From Cystobasidiomycetes sp. EMM_F5 (lineage: Eukaryota), in contig JBPGPT010000003.1 in assembly GCA_051047955.1 (NCBI GenBank), forward strand, positions 620,001 through 684,000: a stretch of DNA of 64,000 bases, in the 5' to 3' direction. The notes beneath the pieces are model-generated. The model was given only the letters and a program-made list of their open reading frames with translations. It was not told the DNA's origin and ran no database searches. Below are positions 1 to 13,488 of the stretch, one piece after another (within the stretch, counting starts at the first letter, position 1; each line of letters starts with the position of its first letter). A program made the translations under genes and the position numbers.

Positions 1-994
1 CGGAGAATGAGCAATAGTAATGAGATGGAATTCATGATTGCCAACCTTTCGAAGTCTTCTCCTGATCCTGTTCGATGTCACTGGAATCCGCAATCGTTGC
101 CATTGCTGCAGAAGTTGGAGTATCGTCGCTGATGACTACCGTACTTGTTATCGCTCGAGTAGATTCCGCAGGGGTAGCCTGTCCAGCAACCTGTCTACGC
201 CAAAGAGAATCTACGCGTGTCTGTATCTGCTCGAGCGGCAGACCAAAGTGTCGATTCAGTGTTCGCTGGCGGAAACGATCTGGAGCTTGGGAGGTCTGGC
301 TTCTATCAACACGGCTGCTGCTACCCTTCGAGCTGCCCATGCACTGCACAGCAGCTGAAGTGTTTGCAAGGAAGCTCTTCTGCTGTTTAGTCAGTGCCGC
401 AAGCCAGCTTGTTCGCATTCGACGTCAAGCTAAAGCGATTCGAGATCGCGTTTATTGATGTCGTCAAAGTGTCAATCTTGATACGCGTAACTAACCCTCG
501 AAGCAGAAGCAATAGTACAGACCGTATTTACCGCACAAGAACGTTGATGCATCTGATGATTGAGGGCTGACTCTTGGGACTCGTGCGTATCGCGCGTCCC
601 AGCGCACTGACCGCTCGTCCTTATGCACGTAGGCTTTTCAACGTGCTGAAGTAAGTGCTCAGAAGCTGTGCAGCAGCACTCCAACGACTGCATGTGCTTG
701 CTGAGATACTAGAAGACAACAGCATGACGTTTCACTGATACTTCGCAGATGGCGCACCGCCTCGCCACCAGTCGCGAGGCACAGCGAAAGGCACTGCAAG
801 AGGCTGAGCCGGCGAAAATCAAAATTCAGCTCGTCCTTGACTGACTGAGAGTATTTAGGGCAGTACGTCGTAGTCTTTGTCTCCTCTTCTTCCATCCTTC
901 ACATCTAATAACCTAATTCACAACAAGCTCGGTCCGGTACCAGCCAACCTCATCAGTCTATTTATCAGCTTCAGTCCTCCAATCTACGTACATA

Positions 995-1653
995 ATGATT
1001 TTCGCAACATTCATCGCTCTCGTTCTTCCCTTCATCGCCTCTGCTGCCCCGACAGGCTCGCCGCAAGCATGCGTTCCCGACTTTAAGGATTCATCAGTAC
1101 AGATCCGAAACGTACAAAGCGGCAAAATCTGGGCAGTCCCAGAGCACGCAACCGCTGGAGCACAAATATCTGCACAGTCGCCAAACACTGCCTTCACGTC
1201 GTGGAATTTTGTCAATGATAAGTCTGGACACCTGACCATCATGTACGCATCCTCTGTATCTTTCCCGTAGCCAGTTCACTGACAGCTCTGCACCCGTAGG
1301 TTACATGATGAAGAGCACCATAATCTTATTGTCGTGCCCGGCTGGCACGGTAATGCAGTCTTGAAGACTGTTCGCGCGAAAAAGTAAGTTTGAGGAATTA
1401 ATGTGCGCAGAGGTTTGCAAAGGCTGACAGTCCTGTCGTCGTCAGTAACGCTGTGTACGAACTGGTATGCGAGTCGTGTACGTCCAGCAAGATGCCAGAA
1501 TGGGATCTCCGCAGTGTCATTGCCTCAAACTGCGCCATTCTCAATGTCAATACCACAACATTGCAAGCTCAGGAGGAGTCAGCTGGTAACATTCGCTTTG
1601 ATAAGCCGTTAGGTAACAACACTATGCAGCTGTTCGACTTGGTCGCTGCGTAA
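995..1653 (+). CDS. Small secreted protein, possibly beta-trefoil/ricin-B-like (3 exons)
   Basis: Signal peptide MIFATFIALVLPFIASA. GT-AG introns join ORFs 995-1270 and 1453-1653. Beta-rich segments IRNVQSGK, SWNF, LVCESC, NCAI and a terminal QLFDL resemble fungal beta-trefoil proteins (by eye). Confidence 0.6.
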
Positions 1654-1930
1654 TTAGTAGCTTGAACAGAAACGGACAATTTTTAGATACGGACAATCAC
1701 AATATAATCATAATCACATAGACTCGAAGTCATTACGCTGAATGATCACGCAAGTGCAAGGCAGTGAAATGCCTGACGATGACTGTATTGCTGGGATGTG
1801 AATACTAGTCTCAACATAAGATATAAGGAAAGGAGAGCTAACAAGCTTGAAATAGCGAAACCTGTCAGAGTAGTGCAACTATTGACAACACAGACTCGCC
1901 AGCGGGTTACAATGAAGGATCCAGGAGGCC

Positions 1931-3067
1931 TCAGTTGTAGGCGACATTGGAAGCAGGGATCTCGACTTCGACAATCAAAGGTCCTGCAACGGTAGCAGGG
2001 TCGCAGAGGAACTTGCCATTGAGCACTACGACATACGACTGTCCTCCAATGCCAGGTGGGATCTTGATTTCGCCGCAGTTGCTGTTTAGCTGAACGTACT
2101 GGGTGCCAGCAGCGGCAACGAAGGCAGCATAGAGAGTCTGGCCCTTCTTGTTGGCAGTGTCTACGATAGACTGGTCGAACTGGAACTTGACCGTGTCACC
2201 GACCTTGTAGGATGGCTGGAGACTCTTGTTCTCGATTGGTGGGAAGGTGTAGAATGGCAAAGTAGGGTTGGAGGCCGGGCAGGACTTGATGAAGCCCGCA
2301 GCCAGAGTGTAGACCTGGTTGAAGTCGAGACCAGCGGCGAAAGCGCGAGGGAAACCGTCTTTCGTCTGGACAGCGCTGTTGACCCAGGTGGAGTGCTGAG
2401 TCTCAACCACAAGGACGTCACCGGCGTATCCAAGGAAATCTGATTGGCGAAATGTCAGTACACGTACAAACGCATTCTCAACGGGGAATGAAGCCTACCT
2501 GGGCTCTTGATGGATGGGGCAGCACCGAGGTAGGCAGCTACGCCGACACCCTCCAGAGTCGAGGAGAGAGCGACGAACTGGTCGACACGGTTGACACCGA
2601 AGTCATAAGTGCACTCAGCAACTGGAGTGGCACCAGCGGCGGTGAGGGCAGCAGTGATGAAGTCAACGTGGGTCTTCTCGTGGGAAGCGATCCTGAGAAA
2701 CGGGCAAGCACAAAGTAAGACCGAGTATGAGTGATCAGAGAGACTTGAACGTACTCGGTGAATCGCTGTCTGACCCAGTCAGGGTAACCAGCCTGGGAGA
2801 AGTCGGCAGCCGAGAACTTGTTGAGGGAGTCGCGGTAGAAGGCACGCTCAAGGTGCTCCAGAGTCAGTGCATATCTGTTTGTATTTGTAGATTCAAAGTC
2901 AGTGAAAACAACACATAAAGCAGTCGTCGCGATTCAGGTACGCACTGGAAAACATTGGCATCACCATAGGTGTTGACGAAAGCATCGCGCTTGTCGAGGG
3001 TGGCAGGAGCGGCAGCGACGAGGCCGGCAGCGACGAAGGGGAGGACGACTTTGCTGATTGATGGCAT
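1931..3067 (-). CDS. rds1: Secreted ferritin-like domain protein (Rds1-like stress protein)
   Basis: Signal peptide plus KR site. Spliced product contains YALTLEHLERAFY, HEKTHV, LEGVGVAAYLGAA and ETQHSTW, typical of the fungal Rds1/Ferritin_2 family. Confidence 0.88.
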
Positions 3068-4353
3068 GTTGTGTCGATGGGTTAAATGAGTGTGGGTTGA
3101 AAAGAATGTATGAAGTTGGCTGTGGAGAGTCGAGGATGATCTTGTTGTGGAAAGAAGGAAGAGAAGAGGCAGCCAGAAAGGTGGCTTTTATACGTTAGGA
3201 ACACTGATTTTCAACATCGCACCACCCGCCGCGTACATAGCGGTGGCGATCATTGTGTAACAACAATAATGCCCTGAAAGATCAACGTTGGTCATGAGTT
3301 CGTTTGAAGTCAAGTGCGCGCCCACAAATCCGTTGAGGCTGTCTTGTGAGGCCAGCTTGTGCCGTATGGCATGTACAGAACTGGACTTTCGGGCACAAAT
3401 CGCCTCGGCACCGACCTCTGCAGCGAGCCAATACAAGCCCAAAACTTCTTGACGTGCCGCATTCGAAGTTCGTGGGCAGGAAATTAGTCACCTTCACAAT
3501 TTGTCGTGAGTTGCTAATTCGCATACCAACGATCCCACATTCCTTAAAGATATGGGGCTTGGGTCCCCGCGGGATCACCTCGCATAGGCAAGTTATTTGC
3601 TGCAGCCGTTGCGGAACGACTTTCGCTGCTCTGTTGTTTCTCTTTATAAACACGCGTTCATCTTCCTGTTTGTTGAATTTGCATACCGTGTGTTTGAGCT
3701 GATCCGTCAGCGATTGTACATGTCGACTGGAGACACATGGACATTACAGATGACGAAACGTGCTAGGCGATAGTCAAGAGCGTAGTGCGGACGTGGACGG
3801 GCTTCTGAGAGAATGGAAGTCGTACGCGTGCTCTACGATTTGCTGCACGACGCGTACAGTTCAACTTGAAACTGCTAATCTGCGCGTCCACTCGTCTAAG
3901 ACCATCAAAGCGGCTGAGAGAGCCTGTCTTCCCGAGCAAGCTGACCACTGTATTGTATGTAAAGCGTCAGCTGCGTTACTCTTCAGCGCAACAGTTTCAA
4001 GGTAAACATCAGAACACACAAATCCGGAGGAATAAGGGCTGTAGATGAAACGCGACTCGTTGTACCTTCGGCGGGCGGCTGTCAGTAATTCGGCAGTGCT
4101 ACTCAGCCCGCTCAGGTAGCAGGTAGCTTCACTCTGAGTGGCCTCTCTGGATTATGATGAGTATTTCGTTGCCCGATCACTCTCATGATTTCGAACAGTG
4201 GAGCAGCTGTCGCGCACGACTGGTACTGCGCCCACACTGCCGAATGAGTCCCGGAACACGCTGCACCCTGCTCTGGTCGTCGTCCTGAACTGCCGAGTTG
4301 GGCGCTGGGCTCAACACAATTAGCGGCTGTGTCAGCGAAGCAGGGGCAGCAGC

Positions 4354-7300
4354 ATGCCCGATGTTGGCTCGAATGCGGAACAGAGTGTGACGCCAACAGC
4401 ACACCATGGCGAGGTCAACGTCGAGGGAGTTACAGAGCAGAGTACTGGCCAACCTAGGGGTGGTTTCATGACAGCGGAAGATGAAGCCAAGGAGCAGCAG
4501 CTGCAAACTCGAACGGATAAGCAATCCTTGGGCGCCAATGACACCGCTCGACTCTCCGTGGATGACGCTCCGACGTCGGATCAACCTGACGCTCTTGCCG
4601 ATGATACCATCCTAAATCTGACCGCGCCCTTGACTAGAACTGGCGCAACATCTCCCGGCAGATTGACTGTGATGACAGACAAGGCTGTTCGTCAGCGGGA
4701 AGTGCCAGAGTCAAGATCCAGTCCACCGCCAACGCCCCCAGCCAAATCATCCGCATCCTCAACTGGGACATTACCGTTCAAACGGAGAGCTGGAGGAGCT
4801 ACATCTCCGGCTTCGAGTGCAATGCACCGCTTAACGACATCTTCCGCGTCTGAGTCTCCGGACCACATTCCGTCTAGTTCGAATCTGCTCAGTGCAGGTT
4901 CGCCGACTCTCAAACGGTCACCGCTGCCTCCAACGCCAGCAAACTCACCCGCCAAACCAAACAAGGTCGCGTCTTCCGTCCCACGAAAGCGCTCGCTATT
5001 GCCCGGTAGCAGTAATGATGAGCCATTACGGAATCACAGTGCAATTCGACGCAAATCTCCGACCGTCAGGCTGTCGCCAGAGACTGACGTTGATACCGAA
5101 GCTCCGCAAGCAAGCACATCAGCTCTTACAGATAGTCCTGATCACAATGCTGGTCCCAGCTCGCCAACGAGCTCATCTTCGGATACAGTGGCATCATCGT
5201 CTCCGTCATCGTCTCCCGTCAAACTTGCTCAGGCCACGACAAAATCGTTACCGCGGCGAGTCAAGGTGTATGCACTATATGATTCTAATTGGATCGACCT
5301 CGGCACTGGCTCGTGTACATATCACCGAGGCCTGGCTCTTGTACGAGGCCGCGATGTGCTGGAGGACAGGAAAGGCAAGAAGCCTGAAAGTCAGGCCGGC
5401 AACGAAGCCGCAGAGAACCAGGATTCGTCTACGAGAAGTATCAGCATAGCTGGCCTGGCATCGCGTCAAAAGCTCATGCCCAGCGTCAATAATGACATCC
5501 CGCAATCGGATCTTGCTGAGAAAGACGTGTCAGACGATACCGAGGACGAAATTGAATTGGTGGAACTGCCTGATGGAGATGATCGGTTGCAGAGCGATGG
5601 CTGGCCTACAGACGATCTACTGAATAGCCTGGTCGGTGAGGAGGGAGAAGCAGCCTGGATCGAGGTTCGGAAAGAGGGCCGATGGAAAACGGATTCAGCT
5701 GCATCAGAGCCAGACAAAGGCGACGATAATTCCGAAAAAGAGCCTGACAGTGAAGAGGCAGACGCGGAAAAGCTCCCTTCCAATACCAACATTCCCAACA
5801 TCCAAAGCGTCGACGAACAATGGGAGAAGGTCTGGACAACCCGTATAGAAAAGCCTGACACGCATGGCAGATCAGGCGCAGACGAGTGGGACATGTATAG
5901 CCCGCAGCTCGGCGCAGAGGAGGGCGAGGAAGTCATCGGTAGATATCGGCGTCAGCAAGACACACTTATCGTGTGGAAATCGGCTTTCGGCGGTACCGAG
6001 TTGGCTTTATCTTTTGCAGCCACAGCTGGTTGCGCTGAGATCTGGGAATTCCTGAAAGAAGTGCACCTCAGGTGGGAAACGCAACTGTTTGATGCACACC
6101 ACATGGAAGACGCGGTTGAACTCGACCAAAGTCCGCGCATAAGTGACGGTGACAAACTCACAAACGGGCTGGGCGTGACGTCGGGCGTCATCCAATCCAA
6201 TGGGCCATCTACCGCAGCTCTTCTGCCTGACCCGACTCTATCGAATATCGAAACCATAACGCAAGTATTGCGAAGTATTGCGCGAACAGCAGCCGGAAGG
6301 GAGAAGCTGAGCGCATTCGTTCTAAGAACGCACTTTGTGGAAAAGCTCTTTCCAATCTTTAGGGAAAGCGAAGATCTCGAAGATTTGGATGGACTACATG
6401 ATATGTGTATTCTCATGCACTCAGTCTGTACGTGTGCACCCTTTCGGTTCTGCAGGTTTGTGTAGCTAAGCCTGCTTCGTAGTGAATCTCAACGATCACA
6501 CTCTCTGGGATTACATTCTATCTGACGAAATCTTCTGGGGCGTGATTGATATTCTAGAATGTGGGTCACCACCTTTGCGCCCAACAATGCACGCTAATGC
6601 ATGTCGTCAGATGATCCGGACTTTGGGACTATGAAGGCAGTTTACAAGACGCACCTTTCAGATCCAAGCAATTTCGTCCAGATTGTACCAATCGATCATG
6701 CAAATACCTTGGCCAAGATTCACGAAGTTTATCGCTTGCAATACCTTAAGGACGTCGTACTTCCTCGATCCCTAGATGACTCTGCCTTTAGCAGCGTAAA
6801 TTCCTTTATATACTTTCACCAGGTCGATATCGTGCAGTACCTCAATTCTCAAGCGGCATTCTGGAAGAGTGTTTTCGACATCTTCCCATCGTCAAAGATC
6901 ATCAAAATAGAGGACATTGCAAAAGCAGCGGGGGATAAGGACGACGCTTCTCTCGATTCATGGTCAAAAGCAATTGCTTTCATACAAGCTTACTGTCACA
7001 TGGTGAAGCAACTACAGCCACAAATGCGTGGACAATCATACAGAACGCTAGCCGATAGAGGACTGCATCGAGTGGTGGAGTTTGCATTAGCCAGGCTTGC
7101 GCAGCACAAGCAAACGCGCATAGCTGTCGTGGAAATCTTGATGTTAATTCTGGAGCACGATCCCAGTAGTTTACGCAGCTATGTTCTTAAGCAAGCTGAT
7201 AGTAGCAAGACGGTGACTTTCCTGTCGCACCTCATTAGCGCGTTTCACATGGAGAAGGACCTTGGCGTCAAGGCGCAGTTGTGCGAGGCTTTGCGCATAC

Positions 7301-8713
7301 TGCTCATGCCGGCAAGCGATGGCAGTGCGCCAGAAGTGGGTCTTTTCCTGCGGACGTGGGTATTGATTTATACTGACGGTAATGGGAAATAGACCCTAAT
7401 GGCTCGCGCTCGACCAGACGACCCAAACATCGAAAAATTTCTCCAACATTTCTACGAAGCCGGCGTCAGTCAGCTTCTTGAGCCCATTACCAGTCTGGAT
7501 ATGCGCCTGTATCGCGGTGAGTTCGCACACACACTAGCTCTCGTACCCAATCTAATTGAGCCATGTTGTAGATTTCGAGCCACATCAGCTGGCCCTCCAA
7601 GCCCACTTGTCTGACTTGTTGTGCTTCTTTGTTTCCCATCATTCCTTCCGCAGCAAATTTTTCATCTTATCTTCGTCGGTTACGAAGAAGATGACATTAA
7701 TGCTGCACGCAGAGCAAAAGCATATTCGATTAGCGGCCTTACGCTTCTTTCGCGCTTGCATAGGAAGATCCGACGACTTTTACAATCGATATCTTATCAA
7801 AAATGGTGCGTTCTCCGACATCATCGACCTAGCCAAAATTGAGACGCAAGCCGACAATCTGCTGGCGTCCGCCTGCCTTGATCTGTTCGAGTACCTGCGA
7901 CGCGTGAGTACAGTATAGACGACGAGAGACAGTATACTGAAGTGCTCAAACAGCAAAATGCTAAGCTGATCATAAAACACATTATGGATACCTACAAAGA
8001 CGACATTGTGTCTCTCAGCCATAGCTTGGCCGTCTTTAGCGGTCTTGTCGTACGGTGGGAGCAGAATAACGAGCCGCCTCCGACATCTGTCGCTGGAAAT
8101 ACCTCAGGTGCAGACACAGTCAATGTCGAGACAGCGAATGCGTGAGTCACCATTGTCATATTGGCAGGTGGCGCTAGCAAGCTAACTCTGTACTAGATCG
8201 CCACGGAGAGACAAAACTCTGTCAGATGAAGAAGATAGTTATTTCGCGACAGAGGACGATAACGATTCAGACAAGCCGGGAGATAGCTCTGCAGCAACGC
8301 CAATCGTTGAAGAGTCTAGTCGTCGGCTATCTCCGCCTAGCCTCTCTCTCAAAGTGCAAGATGATTCCGATGACGAAGAGGATCTTCTTAGACATAAGCG
8401 GTTGAGAACTGCAGGGGACACTGATGTGTCGACGGCGCAGCGCCTGCCGAGTCCAGTAGGTAAGGACGCGCAGAACGACTCTACAGGAGGTCACAAGCCA
8501 ATGCAAAAATCGATGTCGGGGGTGGCGCGGGGCACGGACCCGGAGGCCGAATTATCGCGCCTGCGAGAAAAGAGGAAACGCGAAGACGATATGGATACAG
8601 ACATCATATCGACCCTAAAGTCTGCGTCTAATGGCAGTGACAAGAAAATAATGTCAAGCAAGAAGAATGCTCCACCACCGAATCGATTGAGACTTGTTCT
8701 AGACAAGAAGTAG
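4354..8713 (+). CDS. PSY2: Protein phosphatase 4 regulatory subunit 3 (PSY2/SMK-1/PP4R3), multi-exon
   Basis: EVH1-like motifs RRVKVY..W.DLGTG and YRRQQDTLIVW..ELALSF..AGCAEIWEF. SMK-1 domain motifs KIHEVYRLQYLKDVVL, DLGVKAQL.EALRILL, HHSFRSKFF, LAALRFFR and NLLASACLDLFEY. Confidence 0.93.
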
Positions 8714-9820
8714 TGAGGCTGGATGCATGCTCAGTACTATTCTGTAACTGTGTTCATGACAGGAGTGTCTAGTGCAGAACTGTTGTATCCGCATCTGGTA
8801 CAAGGTTTATCGCAGTACCGCAAATATGCTCATGGTATCAGCCGTTTTTACTGCAGCGATGCTCTGTCTACTTTGGTTCAGCCTGATTGGGCCAGCTATG
8901 GAGCACTGGACAGAGTGTGGCCGGACCGCCCAGCATTGCTCGAAAAAAAGTGGGGAAGAGTCGAAGATGGACAACGCAACTCTCAATTGGTCAAATATTG
9001 CACTGCGGATGTCGTACCTATAGCCACCTCCACCTGCGTTTGCAACGCTTGTCATCAGGAAGCCGCTAAATGTGGCCAACTCCCGGACCGTTGGAACGGT
9101 CTTCTACGGGCAGGGACTGCGATCCATTCCAGCTCAAAAAAAGAAAGAAGCTGGATCTGGGAAAGGAGATTGCCGGCATTGTCAGCAACGCCAGTCGAAA
9201 CAGGGCTTTGCCAGATGTCGAGGATTCTGAGGCACGGCCATTCTCTTGAGCATTAATATTCATTCCGGTTGTCGGACTACAACATGAGAAGCTTTGGAAG
9301 AGGGTGTCGGAGTGTGCTCGTGCTCAGACGTTGTGAGAAGGATTCTCGACAGTGGAGACATTACGCAAGCCGTACAGGCAATGTCACCAGAAGCACAAAG
9401 TCCTGTGCACGGACGTACTGGGAGCATATGTGAACAGCACAAAGGGGGATGAAGAGGGAAAACCGGACTGTGAGAATCGCTGAAGCCTTAGGATGTCATG
9501 AGGATTCTGGCTGCATCCCATTGACCCGGCACGGCAACACTCAATGCAGCTGCCGTGCAGTGGCCATAATTTGCTACGCCCTTAGATAATAGTGCCGCAG
9601 CTTTCGGCGAAGTTTTGCGCGCCTTGAACCCTTCCTGTCGTTTTCAGCGCGCTTGCAACTGGAAGCGGACGCTTCACGGACATCGAAGACTGCAAGCAGT
9701 CCGCATATATCGGTCAGACTACGCCTGCTTCGACGTGTGAGTGTCGTAATTCGTCTCATTGCGGAAATCCACTCATCGTGATGCAGTGCTTAGCGCTGCC
9801 TGTCCCGTTATTCGTGGAAA

Positions 9821-12340
9821 ATGTCGGGCTTCCTACCGAACAGCTACCCCTTGGCAAGACACCGCGACTCGTCGAACCAGCGGCACAGAGGCACCGTGAC
9901 TGCGCGAGAAACGCCCACAGGGCTGTCTTCTCTGCTGCACCCAACCTCTTCATTGTCAAGACCGTCACAGCCTTTATATAATCTTCCTTCGCTTGCCTCA
10001 GGACTGGGGCCCCAAAAATCGGATATTAGTCGTGATGCATGGGACGATGACTTTCCGAATAACCTGCGAAGCAGTGATTCAAGCATTGCACGGTACACTC
10101 TTCCCTCTTTCTCACCATCGCGGGCGAATGCGAGGTCACTGCCAAGCTTGAACTTCTCCGACACTGGCGTGAACTCATCCTCGTTGAGGACTCCATCTAC
10201 GATGTCGTCACCGTATACGACCTCTACTTCGAATGGGCGATTTGCGTGTCGATGCGGTAAGGAGCATTGGGTCCGTCTAGCGTTCCATCAAACGCTGACA
10301 TATTCATCCAGGACACGACGGCACTCGCGGCTTGTCCCTTCTGACATGTCAGCTTTGTTATGGTCAACACCATCTGACATGTGTGCTGGACACAGGAGTA
10401 CGAGCGGAGGCTGCTTTCCTCTGCACAGACTGCAGACTCTTTGCACCAAGTTCGAGCGCCACGGGATCTTCACGCGCCGCAAGCTCCTCAAGATCGGGCT
10501 ACCAGAGCTTCTCGCCCGGCTTCTCCTCTTATTCGCTGCCAGTGCCGCGAGATTCCTTTCCTCGCTTCCGAGACTTTAATAGCGAGGCGAGCACGCGCAG
10601 ACAAGCGTCAGATACCCGGAATCTGGCATACACCGGCTTGACGGATTACTCCCAGCTTGGTCTGCCATTAGTTTCGCAGATTGGCAGCAGTCTACCGTCC
10701 TTCGGAGCTTCTTCCGCATTGCCCAGGCTTGGAGATCCGTACGACGCATTACCTCTTGCAACTGCAAGTCGACAGCGACGCCCTAGCCATTCTTCGTCGA
10801 ATTTCCGTGACCCCACTCAAGAAGGCCTTCGCGGCGATAGCAGCAGATGCACTAAGTCTGACTTTGCTTTGCCTGCCACAAGCGTTGGCAATCCTTCGTG
10901 GTCTTTGACCAACACAGCTGAGCCGGAGGTACAAGATAGAGATGCCATCTTCTTCGCACATGCCGACCAATTTACAAAGTATGCAAAGGATGCTCTTTTC
11001 AGGAGCCATCCACTTGCACCCTTTGAGCAGAAGAATACGTCCGTAGTTGCAATGAATGAAACGAGGTGAGATTACCACTACTAATGGCGATGTTTGTTGG
11101 CAGGGCAAACCTCATCACCGTCACATGTAGAAATCACCGAGCAGTGCGTGAGAGAGTATCGCATTTGATATCTGCAAAAGCTGACTCCGATTCTGCCTGT
11201 GATGCTACTCGCGCAGCCTTACTCGCAGCAGCGTGGCACACATTGTCCATGGGAGATGCAAGCCGAGAGACTTCACAGTAATGGCAGCAAGGCACTCCGT
11301 CTCTTGCCTTCCAAGGTCATTTCGCAGCATAATGATGCCTGTTTGTGGAAGCTTTCCAATCCGAAGCGTCCAATGACCGAGAACCCGCACTGGGCGGCTA
11401 TACAGCTGCACGATAGTAGCGGTCCGAGTGTGTCGGCACCAGCAGCCAGCAAATCGTCGTCAAATTCCTACTTCTTCTCCAGGCCTGCAGATGCACCTCA
11501 TTATAGCGCTCACGCTCTGCCAGATGCAACTCTGCAGGACAAGGCGCTGATGACGGAGCCAGGTGATGCAGTATCATACCTATCAGATCGTCCACAGGTC
11601 GTTACAGTGACACGAGGCAGTCGTGGTCGCAAATTCGAACCCCGATGCCTTGGCGCTCGGACCCAATCTCAAAAGACCAGTGGTCTTTACAAAAGTCCGA
11701 TGATCCGCAACCATTCAAAGGTGAAGATGCTGGGTGGTATACGTGCTCAGCGTACGGTCAGATGCCTTGACAGTGCTCCGTATTGCCCGCCAAAGCGTAG
11801 GTATACCACATTGCCAAGTGACCTTGTCGACAAAGTGCAGATGGAGGTGCGTCTTTCGTTCCGATCGTCCACCAGTTCCATTCAGCTGAGGGGTTCTCGC
11901 CTCTTCAGACTGAGGGAATTGAAACAGTACCAGCATGTACTCGAGAGGGTCACAATGTCCCGCGCGCAGCCGAATCGTTACCAACCCATGAGCTTCACTG
12001 CCAGCAGCTAGCAAATGAAAGCTCTTGGTTCGACGATGTCGACATTGTAGATGAATCGGATACGGATTGGGCTTCGGATTCCGATGCCGTACGCTGCAGC
12101 GTTCCTCATTATCGGCAGCTTCCTCGCGGCATGGGATCCAAGTTACACTTTGTGGAGGGTCTGCTGTCGAGCGACTCGGACACCGACAGCTGCACGTCTA
12201 CGAACATCTTCCCAGTGTCCGACATGCGAACGACTGCCGCAGAGGCCAGTGGCGAACACTCCAGCATTCGCCAAAAACGTAAGGAATGGCTGCGAGACTT
12301 CGGTCATCCTTCCAGATCAAAACGATGGGTGGAAGAGTAG
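9821..12340 (+). CDS. PHD finger plus WRKY/GCM1-like (MULE-type) DNA-binding domain protein, paralog A
   Basis: Intron 10257-10311 creates CRC-x12-CQLC-x4-HLTC-x13-CTDC (C4HC3). Introns 11066-11103 and ~11144-11216 create ITVTCRNHRA-PYSQQRGTHCPWEMQA...HND. Probable last intron 11847-11908 and stop at 12338-12340. Confidence 0.7.
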
Positions 12341-13488
12341 GTGAAGGCAGTATGATGATTCTCCTCACTCCAGTTCGAAAACGTCACATGACGGTTTTCC
12401 GGAAGCTCCGTTCATTGTTTGTCGTCTCGTTCTTTCTTTCGCAATTCTGATCGTTTGAGGTTCTTGCCATCCATTGCGACTGGCGAAAACCTACATTCTT
12501 AGCTGTTGGTCGTTCGAGTATAGAAGCCTTCAAACTCCGCTAGTACGGAAAACCAAAGAAAGCCATTGTAGACGGTAACCAGCCACTGCTGAGACCTATG
12601 ATTAATGCGGATAAGCCTGTTAGGGTCTAGGATTCCTGGTGACAGGTCTGCGCCAAGTTGAATAACCGTTTCAGTGGGCCGTCAGTTTGAAACCCCGACA
12701 ACAGCAGCAGCACAATCCGCATAGGTCAGGATTCAGAGGAGCAGATAGCTTTTAGGCAGACTATTGGTGTCTGATACCAACGCGCATACTAGCCTTCTCT
12801 TCCCAGCTTGATCCATACGCCTATTTGCGAGTTCGCACCATCTTCCGAGTTCGCCAGCGATTCATAAGGCCAAGCTTGCACAAAAACTGCAGCTGAAACG
12901 AGCAGATGTGACATTCTCAACATTCAGTACTGGTGAGCATAGACAGCGTAGCGTTGCATCGTGATAAAGCTAAGAAACATCGGTCGTCATGGCCAGGGCA
13001 TACAATGTGGCGTTGAAATATAGACAAGCAAGCAAGCGCAAAGCCATGCCACGACAGTGGGCGTATCTTTGAGGCTGTGGTCTACTCTCGTTCTCTGCAC
13101 CTTTACACTCGCACGCGACAACTAGTGCAGCCGGCCGCGACAGCGATGGAACAGCCGTTATGGACTATGCACGCTACTGCACTCCATCATTCCGAAGCTT
13201 CTCTTTTCCAAAATTCTTCACTTGCGTCTGGACATCCTGTGTGTTTCTTCTCTTTCATGCTCTGCAGAGACGAACATAGGCTTACCTCGTATGAAGCAGA
13301 TACTTGACGCGCCTTTCAGTAACAAAATCTGGTGGCAGTGATGACACCGGCCTTCCAACAGATTCTGCTCGTAAGTGAGAGAATAACGTAACTTAAGCAC
13401 ATATTGAGCGTTCGATTGCAACACATCAGATATTCATGCCACGTCTGCCTGTTTACCGCAAGAAGAACTCCTCTCCGGTTCTGTATTG

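Noticed and set aside
1..895. Short ORFs on both strands, possibly a spliced minus-strand gene leaving the window
   Set aside because: No recognisable motif and no exon chain I could make convincingly consistent.
8723..9256. 177-aa ORF after PSY2
   Set aside because: Random-looking composition, overlaps the expected PSY2 3' UTR, no motifs.
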